Shown: positions 13,049 to 27,774, numbered from the stretch's first letter. The stretch is DNA of 64,000 nt from Octopus vulgaris (GCA_951406725.2 OX597838.1:11780001-11844000); one strand, 5' to 3'. Program-made: numbers and translations. The notes: generated by a model from the sequence alone, not told the origin.

Positions 13049-14522
13049 ATGTTTAAAGCGTTTTGGTGCGGCGGTGCCAGTTCCACATGTACCTTGGAGT
13101 TGGTTTTCTTCTTGTACAAGGTCGGGGAGTCCTTATTAGATGCTACCATACGGCCCTACATTATCCAAGCCACCTGCCTGAACATGAAGCCGCAGGGCAA
13201 CGGTAGTGTGTGTGAAAACCTGGGGTTTTTCCCGGAAACAGAGGACGCAGTCCAGCACTTTGCTGCCACTTACATAATGTTACATCGGATTGTTCTTTAC
13301 ACACCGGCCATTTTCCTCGGCCTCTTTTTCGGTGCTTGGAGCGACAAATATGGTCGAAAGTTACCCATCATTTTCCCCAGTATGGGTAGTATCATCGGAG
13401 TGTTGTTTTACATCGGAAGTTTGATGGAGAAAAAGTGGAATATGTACATGATAATTACAGGTGGTTTCCTCCAGGGTGCCCTTGGCAAAAGCTCCGTTAT
13501 CACGATGGCTGTGCACAGCTATGCAGCGGATATTACCGAAAACGAACATCGAACCAAGAAGATGGGAAAAATACTATCCATGAATTTCTTCGGACTTTTC
13601 GCCGGTTCACTTTTGTCCGGTTTACTGGCCGACGCGGTCGGCATTGAAGTCATGTTCTCTTTGGTATCCGTTTTCCACGCAGCAGCCATTTTGACAACAG
13701 TTTTCTTTCTGGTGGAGACCGTTACTCATGTGAAAGCAAAGGACAGCGAAGATACAACATTCAAGTTTTCGTCCTTCTTCAATTTCTCTAACATCAAAGA
13801 TTCCCTTATGGTGTTAATCCGAAAACGAGACGACGGAACTCGAGGTATAATCTTTACCATATTTCTCATTTCCGTCCTGCAGATAGCCTGTAAAACCGGC
13901 GAGATGGACACAACTGTTTTATTTGTCCAGCACAGGCCGCTCAGCTGGACCAAATCCGGCTACGGCTTTCTTCTGTCCATCGATTACGCGGTGATGGGGG
14001 TTTGTCTACTATTCATTCTACCGCTCTTATCAAATGTTATTAAAATATCAGACACCACGATAATTATGGTGGCCATAATGTGCAAAGTCGTACGACTAAT
14101 TTGGGCGGCTTTTTTGAACAAAAGTTGGATGATGTACGTGTCCATAGGACTGGGGGCCATGGGTGGCTTGATGATATCCGCCCTCAGGTCTCTCTTGAGC
14201 AAAACGGTTAGCGAATACGAAATTGGCAAGACATTCTCGTTACTCGGTTGCGGTGAAACCGCTTCGAAACTATTAGGGACAGCCATTTTTACAAATATAT
14301 ATAGTGCCACGGCCAAATTTATGCCTGGAATGGTGTACCTTGTTGAAGCAGCTGTATTTTTTTCTACACTTCTCCTCATGATTTGGGTGACGTTCAGATT
14401 GAAAACTGTGATGAAATATCGTCTGCTGGACGATTCTTCACCGAAGAAGAACTACAATAGTCAAGACACACCGGACGTACCATTTCCAAATTTAGGTTTA
14501 CCCGAGTCACACTCTAAAGATG
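13049..14522 (+). CDS. SLC46 family (PCFT/SLC46A3-like) MFS transporter, main coding exon (491 codons + 1 nt)
   Basis: Complex-sequence ORF with about 12 hydrophobic segments. MFS motif A GAWSDKYGRK, Cys-bracketed first loop with NGS sequon, RSLLSKTV...E.GK.FS motif. Canonical donor ATG|GTAAGT at 14522/14523; the listed ORF then runs into a (TG)n tract. Confidence 0.92.
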
Positions 14523-14584
14523 GTAAGTACCATTTAAATACTTTTCCTTTATGCTCTGTGTGTATGCGCGCGCGCGCGAATGTG

Positions 14585-14615
<31 letters not shown>

Positions 14616-14937
14616 CTGTGTGTGTGTGTGTGTGTGCATGTGCGTGCCTCCATGTTTACGCGTGAGAGTATAACGTGAGCGACTGTGTATTTCAGTATAG
14701 ATATTACTATGTAAGTGTATCCATATGTTTGTGTGTCTTTCACACACATACACACACACTCACACACACGCACACACACACACTCACACACACGCACACA
14801 CGCACACACTCACAATACACTCGCACATGTAACATGGTGCTTTCAAAACTCAATATGGTGCTTTCTTAAGTGTTCAACAAGTATTGCCTGTTCTTTTTAT
14901 CAGAGAATATCCGAATATTTTATCTTATGTGGTTATA

Positions 14938-15262
14938 TAAATTCGCCGAGGTCGACTTTGCCTTTCATCCTTTCGGGGTCGATAAATTAAGTACCAGTTA
15001 CGCACTGGGGTCGATGTAATCGACTTAATCCGTTTGTCTGTCCTTGTTTGTCTCCTCTGTGTGTAGCCCCTTGAGGGCAGTAAAGAAATAGGTATTTCGT
15101 CCTGAGTTCAAATTCCACCGAGGTCGACTTTGCCTTTCATCCTTTCGGGGTCGATAAATTAAGTACCAGTTACGCACTGGGGTCGATGTAATCGACTTAA
15201 TCCGTTTGTCTGTCCTTGTTTTATCCCCTCTGTGTTTAGCCCCTTGTGGGTAGTAAAGAAAT
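14938..15262 (+). mobile_element. SINE family B, 5'-truncated tandem dimer
   Basis: Two core+tail units joined at aaagaaata|ggtatttcgtc (~15090). Confidence 0.85.
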
Positions 15263-15726
15263 ATATATAAATTATAGTCTTTTCAAAATTTGATTCCCTC
15301 CCAAATTTTACGAGATCCAAATTTTCCTCCCTAATTCCTTCTTCTAACCATAACTCTTAAATTCCCTCTCTCCCAAATTCCTGTTTTCAAGGTCTTCCCA
15401 ATTCACTGTCTCTTAATTCCTTCTTTTGTGATATCGCCTACATTCTTTCCTCCCAAGATCCATATTTTACAATATCTCCTGGATTCACACTCTCGAAAAT
15501 TCCTTTTTACAATGTCTTTTCATTCCCAAACTCCTTCTTTTACAATGTTTCCTAAATTCATTCACTTTTAAAAATCTTTCCTTTTTTGGAAACTTCTCTC
15601 CTGAAATTGTTCACTCATTCTTCTTTTTCATTCATTGATTCATTTTCTTTCTTTCTTTCTTTCTTTCTTCCTTCCTTTCTTTCTTTCTTTTGCACACGCA
15701 TACATATGTACATATATACATATACA

Positions 15727-15762
<36 letters not shown>

Positions 15763-15830
15763 TATATACATATATATTTACATAATATTGAGGTCTCTTT
15801 CTTTCTTTTGTTATCTTACCGTTTTTGCCA

Positions 15831-15890
<60 letters not shown>

Positions 15891-15904
15891 ACACATATAT
15901 ATAT

Positions 15905-16252
15905 AAAGGCTTTAAGTCGAACAAATCGAACCTAGGACTTACATCTTAAGCCTAGTACTTATTCTATCGGTTACTTTTTGCCGAACTGCTAGGTTACGGG
16001 GAGGTAAACACACCAGCACTGGTTGTCAAGTCGTTATGGAAGGAAAAAAAGACACAAAGACACACACACATAGATACACACACACACACACACACAAATA
16101 CATAACGACAGGCTTCTTACAGTTTCCGTCTACCAAACCCACTCACAGAACTTTGGTCAGCCCGAGGCTATGGTAGAAGTTACTCGCCCAAGATACCACG
16201 CAGTGGGATTGAACCCGGAACCATGTGGAGTCTTCTACCACACAGCCGCACC
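15905..16252 (-). mobile_element. SINE family A, diverged
   Basis: Collinear with the family A consensus. Confidence 0.8.
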
Positions 16253-16643
16253 TACACACCACACACACACACACACACAGATACATACACGCACATCATG
16301 ACACAACACACACCACACACACAAACATACACGCACAGAACACACACACAACACAAACACACACACAAACACACACACACACACACACACATATACACGC
16401 ACACAGACACACACACACACACACACACCAACACACACACACAATTGTAAGTACGACTTGTCACTTTGTGGTTAAGAAGCTCACTTTGTAACCCCATGGT
16501 TTCAGGTTCAAGTCCCACTGGGCCGTACATTCAAAAAGCGTCATCTACGACAGACACGGGTCGACAAAAGACTTGTGAGTGAATTCGGTAGACGGAAACT
16601 GTATACACATAAACACACACATATATATATATGTATATAATAT

Positions 16644-17039
16644 TTAGGCATAGGAGTAGCTGTGTGGTAAGTAGCTTGCTTACCAACCACATGGTTCTGG
16701 GTTCAGTCCCACTGCGTGGCACCTTTGGGCAAGTGTCTTCTACTAGCCTCGGGTCCGACCAAAGCCTTGTGAGTGGATTTGGTAGACGGAAACTGAAAGA
16801 AGCCCGTCGTATATATGTATATATATATATATATATATGTGCGTGTATGTTTGTGTGTCTGTGTTTGTCCCCCTAGCGTTGCTTGACAACCGATGCTGTG
16901 GTGTTTATGTCCCCGTAACTTAGCGGTTCGGCAAATGAGACCGATAGAATAAGTACTGGGGTCGAGTTGCTCGACTAAAGGCAGTGCTCCAGCATGGCCG
17001 CAGTCAAATGACTGAAACAAGTAAAAGAGTAAAAGAGTA
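16644..17039 (+). mobile_element. SINE family A
   Basis: Head-to-tail match to the other copies. Confidence 0.9.
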
Positions 17040-17115
17040 TATACCATGAGCTCACTCTCATTTTCTACTCTAACAAATCTATATCTATGTAAGACTTATA
17101 CACAAACACACACTC

Positions 17116-17157
<42 letters not shown>

Positions 17158-17172
17158 CCATCTATCTATATA

Positions 17173-17320
17173 TCGGAGTAAACACATAAATGTGAAACAA
17201 GGTGGAAAAAGAGTACTCAAATACCAGTGGTAGAGTAATATGCTTTATTTAAAGCAGCAGAAAATTCAACAAAACCTGTTACTCTGAGTTTCCCGTTGCC
17301 GTTCATCGGACAGTTTTTGC
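17173..17320 (-). mobile_element. Short hammerhead-bearing element, family H3
   Basis: Minus strand: caaaaactgt-CCGATGA-acggcaacgg-GAAAC-tcaga-GTA-acaggttttg. TA-rich runs on both sides. Confidence 0.65.
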
Positions 17321-17384
17321 TATATATAATAATAATAATGTATATATAATAATAATAATTATTATTATTACTATTATTGTTATT

Positions 17385-17622
17385 ATTGAGTGAGAGAGCA
17401 GTGCGTGATATCAAAGTGACACTTAGGTAAAATATACGAAGCCCAGTATACCCATCATGACTACCCGTCTGACAAGGGTACACCTGGCATATTCATCACA
17501 ACCATATGTGCGCAACATGGTCATCTCATATCAAGTTAAACAGCGCATGACCTTGCAGGTGGGGCCCGGTTAGAATTTTCTTCTGGTCGAGTAACTCATC
17601 CCGCTCAAAAGGTCCCTGATAA
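17385..17622 (-). mobile_element. Unclassified interspersed repeat E ending in (AAT)n
   Basis: Inverted homolog of 37337-37540. Both copies end ...gcactgctct.tcact(c/g)aat and run into (AAT/GAT)n. Confidence 0.7.
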
Positions 17623-17624
17623 GT

Positions 17625-17875
<251 letters not shown>

Positions 17876-18164
17876 TTAAGACTGTTATAGTAAGTACTGT
17901 AGGAAAAGGCGTTTGCCGTGAAAGCAATTTTTAAAAGCACGCACGGAAATAGTTCGATCCGAAAACTTAGGCATCTCCAAGTAACTCCCCGGTATTAAAA
18001 TATATATATGCACAAGAAAGCAACAAAAGAAATGTCTTGCGTATTTGATCCGGCTGTCGAGGTTTTTTATGTTTGTAAAAATAATCTACCTATGTAGGTT
18101 TGTTTATGTTCTCTTCTGTTTTTAGTTAAGTTCTGAGGAAGAAACTGGCTTTTAACGAAGACAT

Positions 18165-18811
18165 GTGTGTATGTATGTATGTATGTATGTATGTATGTAT
18201 GTATGTATGTATGTATGTATGTATGTATGAATGAATGTATGTATGTATGTATGTATGTATGTATGTATTTATCTGTGTGTGTATGTATGTATGTATGTAT
18301 GTATGTATGTATGTATGAATGTATGTATGTATGTATGTATGAATGAATGTATGTATGTATGTATGTATGTATGTATGTATGTATGTATTTATCTGTGTGT
18401 GTATGTATGTATGTATGTATGTATGTATGTATGTATGTATGAATGTATGTATGTATGTATGTATGAATGAATGTATGTATGTATTTATCTGTGTGTGTAT
18501 GCATGTATGTATGTATGTATGTGTGTATGTATGTTTGTATGTATGTATGTGTGTATGTATGTATGTATGTATGTACGTATGTATGTATGTATGTATGTAT
18601 GTATGTATGTATGAATGAATGTATGTATGTATGTATGTATGTATGTATGTATTTATCTGTATGTATGTATGTATGTATGTATGTATGTATGAATGTATGT
18701 ATGTATGTATGTATGAATGAATGTATGTATGTATGTATGTATGTATGTATTTATCTGTGTGTGTATGTATGTATGTATGTATGTATGTATGTATGTGTGT
18801 ATGCATGTATG

Positions 18812-18842
<31 letters not shown>

Positions 18843-18980
18843 TTATCTGTGTGTGTATGCATGTATGTATGTATGTATGTGTGTATGTATGTTTGTATGT
18901 ATGTATGTGTGTATGTATGTATGTATGTATGTATGTATGTATGTATTATGTATGTATGTATGTATGTATGTATGTATGTA
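18165..18980. repeat. (TATG)n with higher-order interruptions (tttatctgtg, gaatgaat)
   Basis: Interruptions recur at roughly 80-170 bp spacing. Confidence 0.9.
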
Positions 18981-19143
18981 TACACGCGCGCACCTGTATA
19001 TCTATGGAGACGGTTGTGTGGTTAAGAGGTTCCTTGCACATCTACGTGGTTACTGAGTTCAATCTTGTTCCGCGCACCTAAGGAAAGTGTCTTACTCTGT
19101 AGCCACATGTTGACCAATACCTTGCGAGGAAGCAGCAGAATAT

Positions 19144-19698
<555 letters not shown>

Positions 19699-19865
19699 TA
19701 TACACACACAGGCACACACGTGCACAAACACGCATATTTAGCTAGACATGCACATATCTCTGATTATATATGTACTTGTATACATATATATGTATATATA
19801 TATATATCTATATATTTATATGTACACACAAAAAAATCTATCTATCTATCTATCTATCTATCTAC

Positions 19866-19903
<38 letters not shown>

Positions 19904-19910
19904 CTCTATC

Positions 19911-19947
<37 letters not shown>

Positions 19948-20075
19948 ATATATATACATACATACTTACATACCTACATACACTTTCCTTTCTTCCCGAG
20001 CGTCAAACTAATACACCTGCATGTTGTTCCCGCACCTGTCTGTCGTTTGTTTTTCTGTACATTTGAGTTACATAA

Positions 20076-20116
<41 letters not shown>

Positions 20117-20199
20117 AGGTATGTTCAATTGAGTCGCTGTTTCTGTGTTTATATATTTTCTCTTCTTCTTTTACTTGAGATACGTACACAATTACAGCT

Positions 20200-20470
<271 letters not shown>

Positions 20471-20595
20471 GCAATATACATGCATACACGTGCGTGTGTG
20501 TGTATGTGTGTGTGTTTGTTGGTTTGTTGTTCGTATCTGTACGCGTGTGCGTACCTGTGTGTCTGTATTTGCATAGAATGTGTGTGTGCTTATGC

Positions 20596-20638
<43 letters not shown>

Positions 20639-20811
20639 GTGTGTGTATGTGTGTGTGTGTGTATGAGTGCGTAAGTATGTATATACGTAATATATACGTA
20701 ATGTGTGTGTGTGTGTGTATATGTATGTCCTTACATACGTAACTATGTCCTTACATCTTTTGATAGATGAAAGGTGAAATAATATACTTTACAGTATTTG
20801 AAAGAAGATAT

Positions 20812-21228
20812 TCTTTTCTACTCTAGGCTCAAGGCCCGAAATGTTGGGGGTGTCGATTAGATCGACCCAGTACGCAACTGGTACTTAATTTATCGAACCC
20901 GAAACGATGAAAAGTAAAGTCGACCTAGGCGGAATTTGAACTCAATACGTAGAGACAGACGAAATACCACTAAGTATTTCGCCCAGCGTACTAACGTTTC
21001 TTATTTTTTATTGCCTACAAGGGGCTAAACATAGAGGGGACAAACAAGGACAGACAAGCGGATTAAGTCGATTATATCGACCCCAGTGCGTAACTGGTAC
21101 TTATTTAATCGACCACGAATGAATGAATGGCAAAGTCGACCTCGGCGGAATTTGAACTCAGAACGTAGCGACAGACGAAATACCGCTAAGCATTTCGCCC
21201 GGCGTGCTAACGTTTCTGCCAGCTCACC
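20812..21228 (-). mobile_element. SINE family B tandem (young unit plus older variant)
   Basis: Junction ctaacgtttc|ttattttt at ~21000. Confidence 0.8.
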
Positions 21229-21353
21229 ACCTATGGATGTGTATATATTATATTATGTATGTGTTTGCGTGTGCATGTGTGAGCTGGCGGATGTATATTG
21301 TGTGTGTACGTGTGTATTGTTACGTGTGTGCTTGTATGTGTTTGTTGTGTGCA

Positions 21354-21388
<35 letters not shown>

Positions 21389-21503
21389 GTGTGTTGTTGC
21401 ATGTGTTTATCTTTATTTCTTGGTTCGCGGGTGTCTGTGTGTGTGTCCGTGTGTCCGTGTCCGTGTGAGTGTCTCCGTGTGTCCATGTTGTGTCGTGTGC
21501 CTA

Positions 21504-21534
<31 letters not shown>

Positions 21535-22065
21535 GGTGTGTTTGTCTGTACGTGTGGGTTGATGTGTGAGCGTATGTGGTTGATCTATACGTTATACATA
21601 TTCATGATGATGTATGTATATATCATACACGTTTATGTATGTGTGTTTAAGCAGCTCACTTTACGCCCACGTGGTTTTAGCTTTAGTGCCACGAGGCGCC
21701 ATTTTGGGCCAGTGTCTTCTATTGTAGCCACGGTTCAACCAACGCCTTGTAAATGATTTTGGTAGATAGAAACTGCGTTGAAGCCTGCTGTCTGTATGTA
21801 CATGCATGAGTGTGTGTGCGCGCGTCTGTATATGACCCCGAACGATTCACCACCGGTGTTGGCTTGTTTACGTCCCCCCTCCCGTACAATAAGTATCAGG
21901 GTTTAAAAAGAAGTACTGAGGTCGATTTGTTCGACTAAATCCTTCAAGGTGGTGCCCCAGCCTGGCCGCTGTCCAATCACTGGAATGAGTAAGAAATGAA
22001 AAAGACGGCTGAAACCAGGAAAAGAAAAGAGTATATATATATATAATCTATGCATATATACGTAC

Positions 22066-22124
<59 letters not shown>

Positions 22125-22174
22125 ATCTATGCATATATACGTACGTATATATATATATATGGATTTGGTAGACG

Positions 22175-22223
<49 letters not shown>

Positions 22224-22241
22224 CAACCGATATATATATAC

Positions 22242-22350
<109 letters not shown>

Positions 22351-22904
22351 ATACATATTTACATATGCTTCTACGTAAATACAAACGCGCTCACACATAC
22401 GAGTGTGTGTTTGTGTGTATGTGTGTGTGTATGTGTTTATTAGTATTTATTAGTATGTGTTAATGTGTGTAAATGCGTGTGCGTGAAAGTGTGTCAGTTA
22501 CTGTCCACAAATAAGAACGAGTCGACGGTCCTGCATGTGCGGCTGCGTTAGCTGCTGTGTGAGTGCGCATGCGTTAGCACGTGTTTACTTGTATTTGTGT
22601 AGTCGTGCGTGTGTATGTGCACGTATAGGTATGCTGTGTTTCTGTGTACATACGCGAGTGCGTACACGCGAGAGTGTGCATATATGAATGTATGTATTAA
22701 TGTATGTCCAAGCACGTGTCTTTATTTATGTGCAAAATGTATGGTTAGGAAGGCGAGGAGCTAACTGGTATACATACATATAGATACCACACACACGCAC
22801 ACACACACACATCACACATATACGCACACATGCATTTATACATTTATTTACATGTGCACGCATACGTACATACATTGCATATATGTGTGTGTATGTGTAC
22901 ACGT

Positions 22905-22938
<34 letters not shown>

Positions 22939-22940
22939 GT

Positions 22941-22969
<29 letters not shown>

Positions 22970-22974
<5 letters not shown>

Positions 22975-23099
22975 GAGCAAATCAACCCCAGGACTTATTC
23001 TTTGTAAGCCTAGTACTTATTCTATCGGTAACTTTTGCCGAACCGCTGATTTACAGGGACGTAAACACACCAGAATCGGTTGGGGATAAATACACAAAT

Positions 23100-23144
<45 letters not shown>

Positions 23145-23287
23145 CGACGGGATTTTTTCAGTTTCCATCTACCATATGTACTCACAAGGCTTTGGTCGGC
23201 TTGAGGCTATAGTAGAGGACACTTTGCCAAGGTGCCACGCAGTGGGAATGAACCCGGAACTATGTGGTTGGTAGGCAAGCTACTTAC
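22970..23287 (-). mobile_element. SINE family A
   Basis: Consensus match; tail truncated by (TA)n. Confidence 0.85.
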
Positions 23288-23302
23288 GCACGCGCGTGTG
23301 TG

Positions 23303-23343
<41 letters not shown>

Positions 23344-24083
23344 ACATATATGGTCGTCTCTGCATGAACAGAGGCAGGCAGAGTCTTTGTTGGACTTCGC
23401 AAATAATGTCACGCTAGTCTGCAATGTTAAGGTGATATCAGTGATATCCTCGGGCCATAACTTAGTAGAACTAACGATGTATCGTAGCCCGAGGAAAAGT
23501 GCAGATATACAGTTTACTTACGCGGCTCTTTTCCAGCATGGACTTTAATAAAGCCAATGGGAAAAGTATTTTAAAAGATGTCGTAAAGCAGTCTCTCTAT
23601 GCAGGATTGTGATATAAAGCTACTTCACTTTATGACAATCGTGCAAGACATACGCTGTAAATGTTGTAAAATTTGTAAATTTGTAAATTTGTATCAGGGA
23701 CAGAAAAATTCTGAGACAACGAACAAAGATCTCAACTCGTCTGAATGGATAAATCCTGCCTCAAACGAGCAGTGCTTGAGATAGAAAATGAACTCAAACA
23801 CCCTCGTGAAAAGAATAGAGAGAAAGTGAAGCTTGTAAAAAATATAAAGACAAACCCCTTTTTAAAGTCTTCTATAGATTTGCAAACGGTCGAAATTTGC
23901 TGGTCGATCGAAAGAAAATGACTCACTGGTTGCGTGCCCTCAAAAGATAAGTGAAATACTGAATAAGCAATACAAAAATATTTTCACATCTCTGTCGAGA
24001 CCCTCGCAAATAAATATGCCGAACCAATTTTTTGACACTACTGCTCTACATGAATGGATTGCAATAATCGATTACATTGACAA

Positions 24084-24340
24084 GGTGGCGAGCTGGCAGA
24101 AACGTTAGCACGCCAGGCGAAATGCTTAGCGGTATTTCGTCTGCCGTTACGTTTTGAGTTCAAATTCCGCCGAGGTCGACTTTGCCTTTCATCCTTTCGG
24201 GGTCGATAAATTAAGTACTTAATCTGTTTGTCTGTAAAATTTGTAAATTTGTATCAGGGACAGAAAAATTAAGTACTTAATCTGTTTGTCTGTTCTTGTT
24301 TTTCCCCTCTGTATTTAGCCCCTTGTGGGTAGTAAAGAAA
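24084..24340 (+). mobile_element. SINE family B inserted in the LINE
   Basis: Consensus match; gattacat..tgaca on both flanks (probable TSD). Confidence 0.85.
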
Positions 24341-24651
24341 CAGATTACATCATGACAGAGAAAACTAATGTGGTATCAGCCATTAATGAAATGAGCTTAG
24401 ATTCAAGAATGGCCCCGATGGATTCTTGGCAATCCTTGAATAAAACAAAGCCGTTGCAGAAATCTTCCAAAGTTTCCTTGCAAATGGTAGGCTTCGCAGA
24501 AAGTTAAAGGAGGGCATAATACGTCCTATCCAGAAAAGAGGAAGCAAAGCTAGATGCTAAAAATGATAGGCTTGTCTCTAAACCTCACATATCTGCAAAG
24601 TCATGGAACGAATTGTTAGAAGGAAGGTGATCAGGTTCTTAGAAGATAATT

Positions 24652-25025
24652 CATCATCATCGTTGTTCGACCGTGGTCGAGACAATGGAATTTACCATGC
24701 TACGCCAGACTTCACGGTCCATCATGGCATTACGGAGGTCTTGTTGCTGGATGCCTGTATCCCTGGAGATTACATCAGGGTAGGAGAGTGTGCGCCCTCT
24801 GGTATTGCGAGTAGATGGCTTCCAGAGGAGAAGAGTAGAAATTACTTTTTTTCAGCTCTACAACAATGTCCAGCAAACTGGACTCTCTTACCTTTCACAA
24901 GAGATGACACAGGTGGTAGTTTCCCATATATTTGCATTTTGGTTGGATGGCGCTTCCACGAGAGATTTTGAGCTCTCATAAGGAGGCGAGTGTAGGTTCC
25001 ATCCAACCGCCTCTCAAGCTTCTTT
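24652..25025 (-). mobile_element. 5'-truncated RTE-clade LINE with (TGA)n tail and 7-bp TSD
   Basis: Open minus frame KLERRLDGTYTRLLMRAQNLSWKRHPT...QFAGHCCRA...LLLWKP...MMDREVWRSMV. TSD GATAATT at 24645-24651 and 25026-25032. Confidence 0.9.
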
Positions 25026-25563
25026 GATAATTACTTGCTCCCCGAAACCCAGCATGACCTTCACCCAGGAAGAAATTGCTTTATACAACTTCTGCAGTAT
25101 TCTGACAGGGTGTTTAAACAACTTATGACTTGCTCAAACGTGGATGTGGCATATCTCGATTTTGCAAAGGATTTTAATGAGTTTGATCATAGGATGATAT
25201 GTCACAAGCTACAGAGACTCGGCGTAGTCGGAAAACTGGGAGCCTAGTTACATGACTGTAATCATTGACTGTAGGCCCTTTGGCTGCCACAGCAAAATGG
25301 CAGCCCTCTCCAAGGCACCAGTAATAGCGAGTGGAGTGCCTCAGGAAACTGTCTTGGGGTTTTCTGCTGTTTGTTGTGGAAGCCTTCTCAGACATGATAT
25401 CAGTTATACTTGTAGCCGCTCTTACTACCTGTGCTGACGACGCAAATACAGCACAAGCAGTGAATAATCATCTCGATGCGAATCTTTTACAGAGAAACCT
25501 AGATGCTATATACAAATGGGCTGAAGAAAGAAGTATGCAATTTAATGTGATATATGTGTGCGT

Positions 25564-25928
25564 AGGCGGCGAGCTGGCAGAAACGTTAGCACGCTGGGCG
25601 AAATGCGTAGCCGTATTTCGTCTGCCGTTACATTCTGAGTTCAAATTAAGTACCAGATACGCACTGGGGTCGATGTAATCGACTTAATTCGTTTGTTTGT
25701 CCTTGTTTGTCCTCTCTGTGTTTAGCCTCTTGTGGGTAGTAAAGAAATAGGTATTTCGTCTGCCGTTACGTTCTGAGTTCAAATTCCGCCAAGGTCGACT
25801 TTGCCTCTCATCCTTTCGGGGTCGATAAATTAAGTACCATTTACCCACTGGGGTCGATGTAATCGACTTAATTGTCTGTCCTTGTTGGTCCCCTCTCTGT
25901 TTAGCCCCTTGTGGGTAGTAAAGAAATA
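25564..25928 (+). mobile_element. SINE family B partial dimer
   Basis: Junction aaagaaata|ggtatttcgtc at ~25750. Confidence 0.85.
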
Positions 25929-26089
25929 TATGTGTACGTAGGTGTGTGTGTGTGTGTGTGTGTGGAACTGTCGGTCACTCAGACTAAACTACAACATGGT
26001 CTTTATTTGTAAATTTAAAGGGCAAACCATGTCTGTCTGTATTTCACTCTTCTTGTCTCTCATTCTGTCTGTCGGTCTCTCTCTCTGCT

Positions 26090-26460
26090 TCTCTCTATCT
26101 GTCTCTCTCTTTCTGTCTGTTTCTGTGTCTGTCTTTCTGTCTCTCTCTGTGTCTCTCTCCGTGTCTCTCTTTCTGTCTTTCTCTGTGTCTCTCTTTCTGT
26201 CTTTCTCTGTGTTTCTCTTTCTGTCTTTCTCTGTGTCTCTCTTTCTGTCTTTCTCTGTGTCTCTCTTTCTGTCTTTCTCTGTGTCTGTCTTTCTGTCTTT
26301 CTCTGTGTTTCTCTTTCTGTCTTTCTCTGTGTCTCTCTTTCTGTCTTTCTCTGTGTCTCTCTTTCTGTATTTCTCTGTGTCTCTCTTTCTGTCTTTCTCT
26401 GTGTCTCTCTTTCTGTCTTTCTCTGTGTCTCTCTTTCTCTCTCTCTCTGTCTGTCTCTTC
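26090..26460. repeat. 24-bp pyrimidine-rich minisatellite
   Basis: Unit ctctgtgtctctctttctgtcttt; gives the (SVSLFLSF)n ORF. Confidence 0.9.
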
Positions 26461-26870
26461 TTGTCTCTCCCTCCCTGTATGTTAGTCTGTCTTTCTCACA
26501 CACACACACGCACACACGCACACATACACACACACACACACACACAGTGCCGATTAGTATCACGTTAAAAGCTCTCGTGTCTGTGGGATACCCAGTCACG
26601 TAAACAGACCAACTCAAAAAATGCCCCATCGTCCCAAAACTGACATTTTTACGGTTTTCCTGTAATTGACCGACAGAGATTATATTACTCAAACTTTATG
26701 TCTTATAATAGATACTATCTAAATATTCCGTTAGAATGGCGAAAGCTGTTAAAATATCTACGTATTTGAGTTTTAGTTTATTAACCTGGAGTGGTGGTAG
26801 TGGTATAGGTGGTGGTGGTGGGGGTAGTAGGAGTACAGAAAAGTGAGGTGTGCTGACCTATCATTACCAC

Positions 26871-26910
<40 letters not shown>

Positions 26911-26919
26911 TTTTTTTAA

Positions 26920-27332
26920 ACTTTTTACTCTTTTACTTGTTTCAGTCATGTGACTGTGGCCATGCTGGAGCACCGCCTTTAGTCGAGCATATCGAACCCA
27001 GGACTTATTCTTTGTAAACCTAGTACCTATTCTATCGGTCTCTTTTTTGCCGAACCGCTAAGTTACGGGGACGTAAACACACCAGCATCGGTTGTCAAAC
27101 GATGTTGGGGGGACAAATGCAGGCACACAAACATACACACACACACAAACACTGAAATACACACACATATATATATATATACATATATACGACGGGCTTC
27201 TTTCAGTTTCCGTCTACCAAATCCACTCACAAGGCCTTGGTCGGCCCGAGGCTATAGTAGAAGACACTTGCCCAAGGTGCCACGCAGTAGGACCGAACCC
27301 GGAACCATGTGGTTGGTACACAGCCACTCCTA
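26920..27332 (-). mobile_element. SINE family A
   Basis: Consensus match. Confidence 0.9.
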
Positions 27333-27364
27333 CATATATATTGTATATATTTATATTTAGATAT

Positions 27365-27640
27365 GTGAAGGCGCGTCGTTAGGGTGCTGCATTCACGATC
27401 GTCGGATCATGGGTTCGATTCCTGGGCGGCGTGCTATGTCCTTGATCAAAGCATTTCATTTCACATTGTTCCAGTTCTCTCAGCTGTAAGTAAGCAAGCT
27501 TGCGGCGAGTAACCCCTTCCAATTGAGGGTAAATGCTAGTGCTGCTCGCCTCGTCAGTAGGGTGTCAGCATTCGAAAGCCCAAATATTAGCATTGTGACC
27601 AGCGATGTATAACAACGTCCGATCGTCGAGCTGGTTCTGT
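27365..27640 (+). mobile_element. Old tRNA-derived SINE (third type)
   Basis: gggttcgattcc B-box followed by gtccttgatcaaagcatttcatttcacattgttccag...tcagctg, a conserved-domain-like SINE body. The head resembles 36820-36750. Confidence 0.55.
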
Positions 27641-27677
<37 letters not shown>

Positions 27678-27774
27678 ACATGTATACATGAATAGATACA
27701 ACACATACACACACATGTATATACATGTGTGTGTATGTCTGTGCGCGCATGCGTGCATAAAATGCCAACACGTA

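Larger units (their letters stand above)
23775..25548 (+). mobile_element. Degenerate CR1/L2-like LINE RT region with nested insertions
   Basis: Motifs in order: NIKTNP; SHICKVMERIVRRKVIRFLEDN; LLPETQH...GRNC..QLL; VDVAYLDFAK.F..FDH; SGVPQETVLG; ADD; LQRNLDAIYKWA...MQFN. Confidence 0.9.

Noticed and set aside
14523-14665. C-terminal 47 aa of the listed 538-aa ORF
   Set aside because: It lies after a consensus GTAAGT donor and runs through (TG)n; almost certainly intronic.
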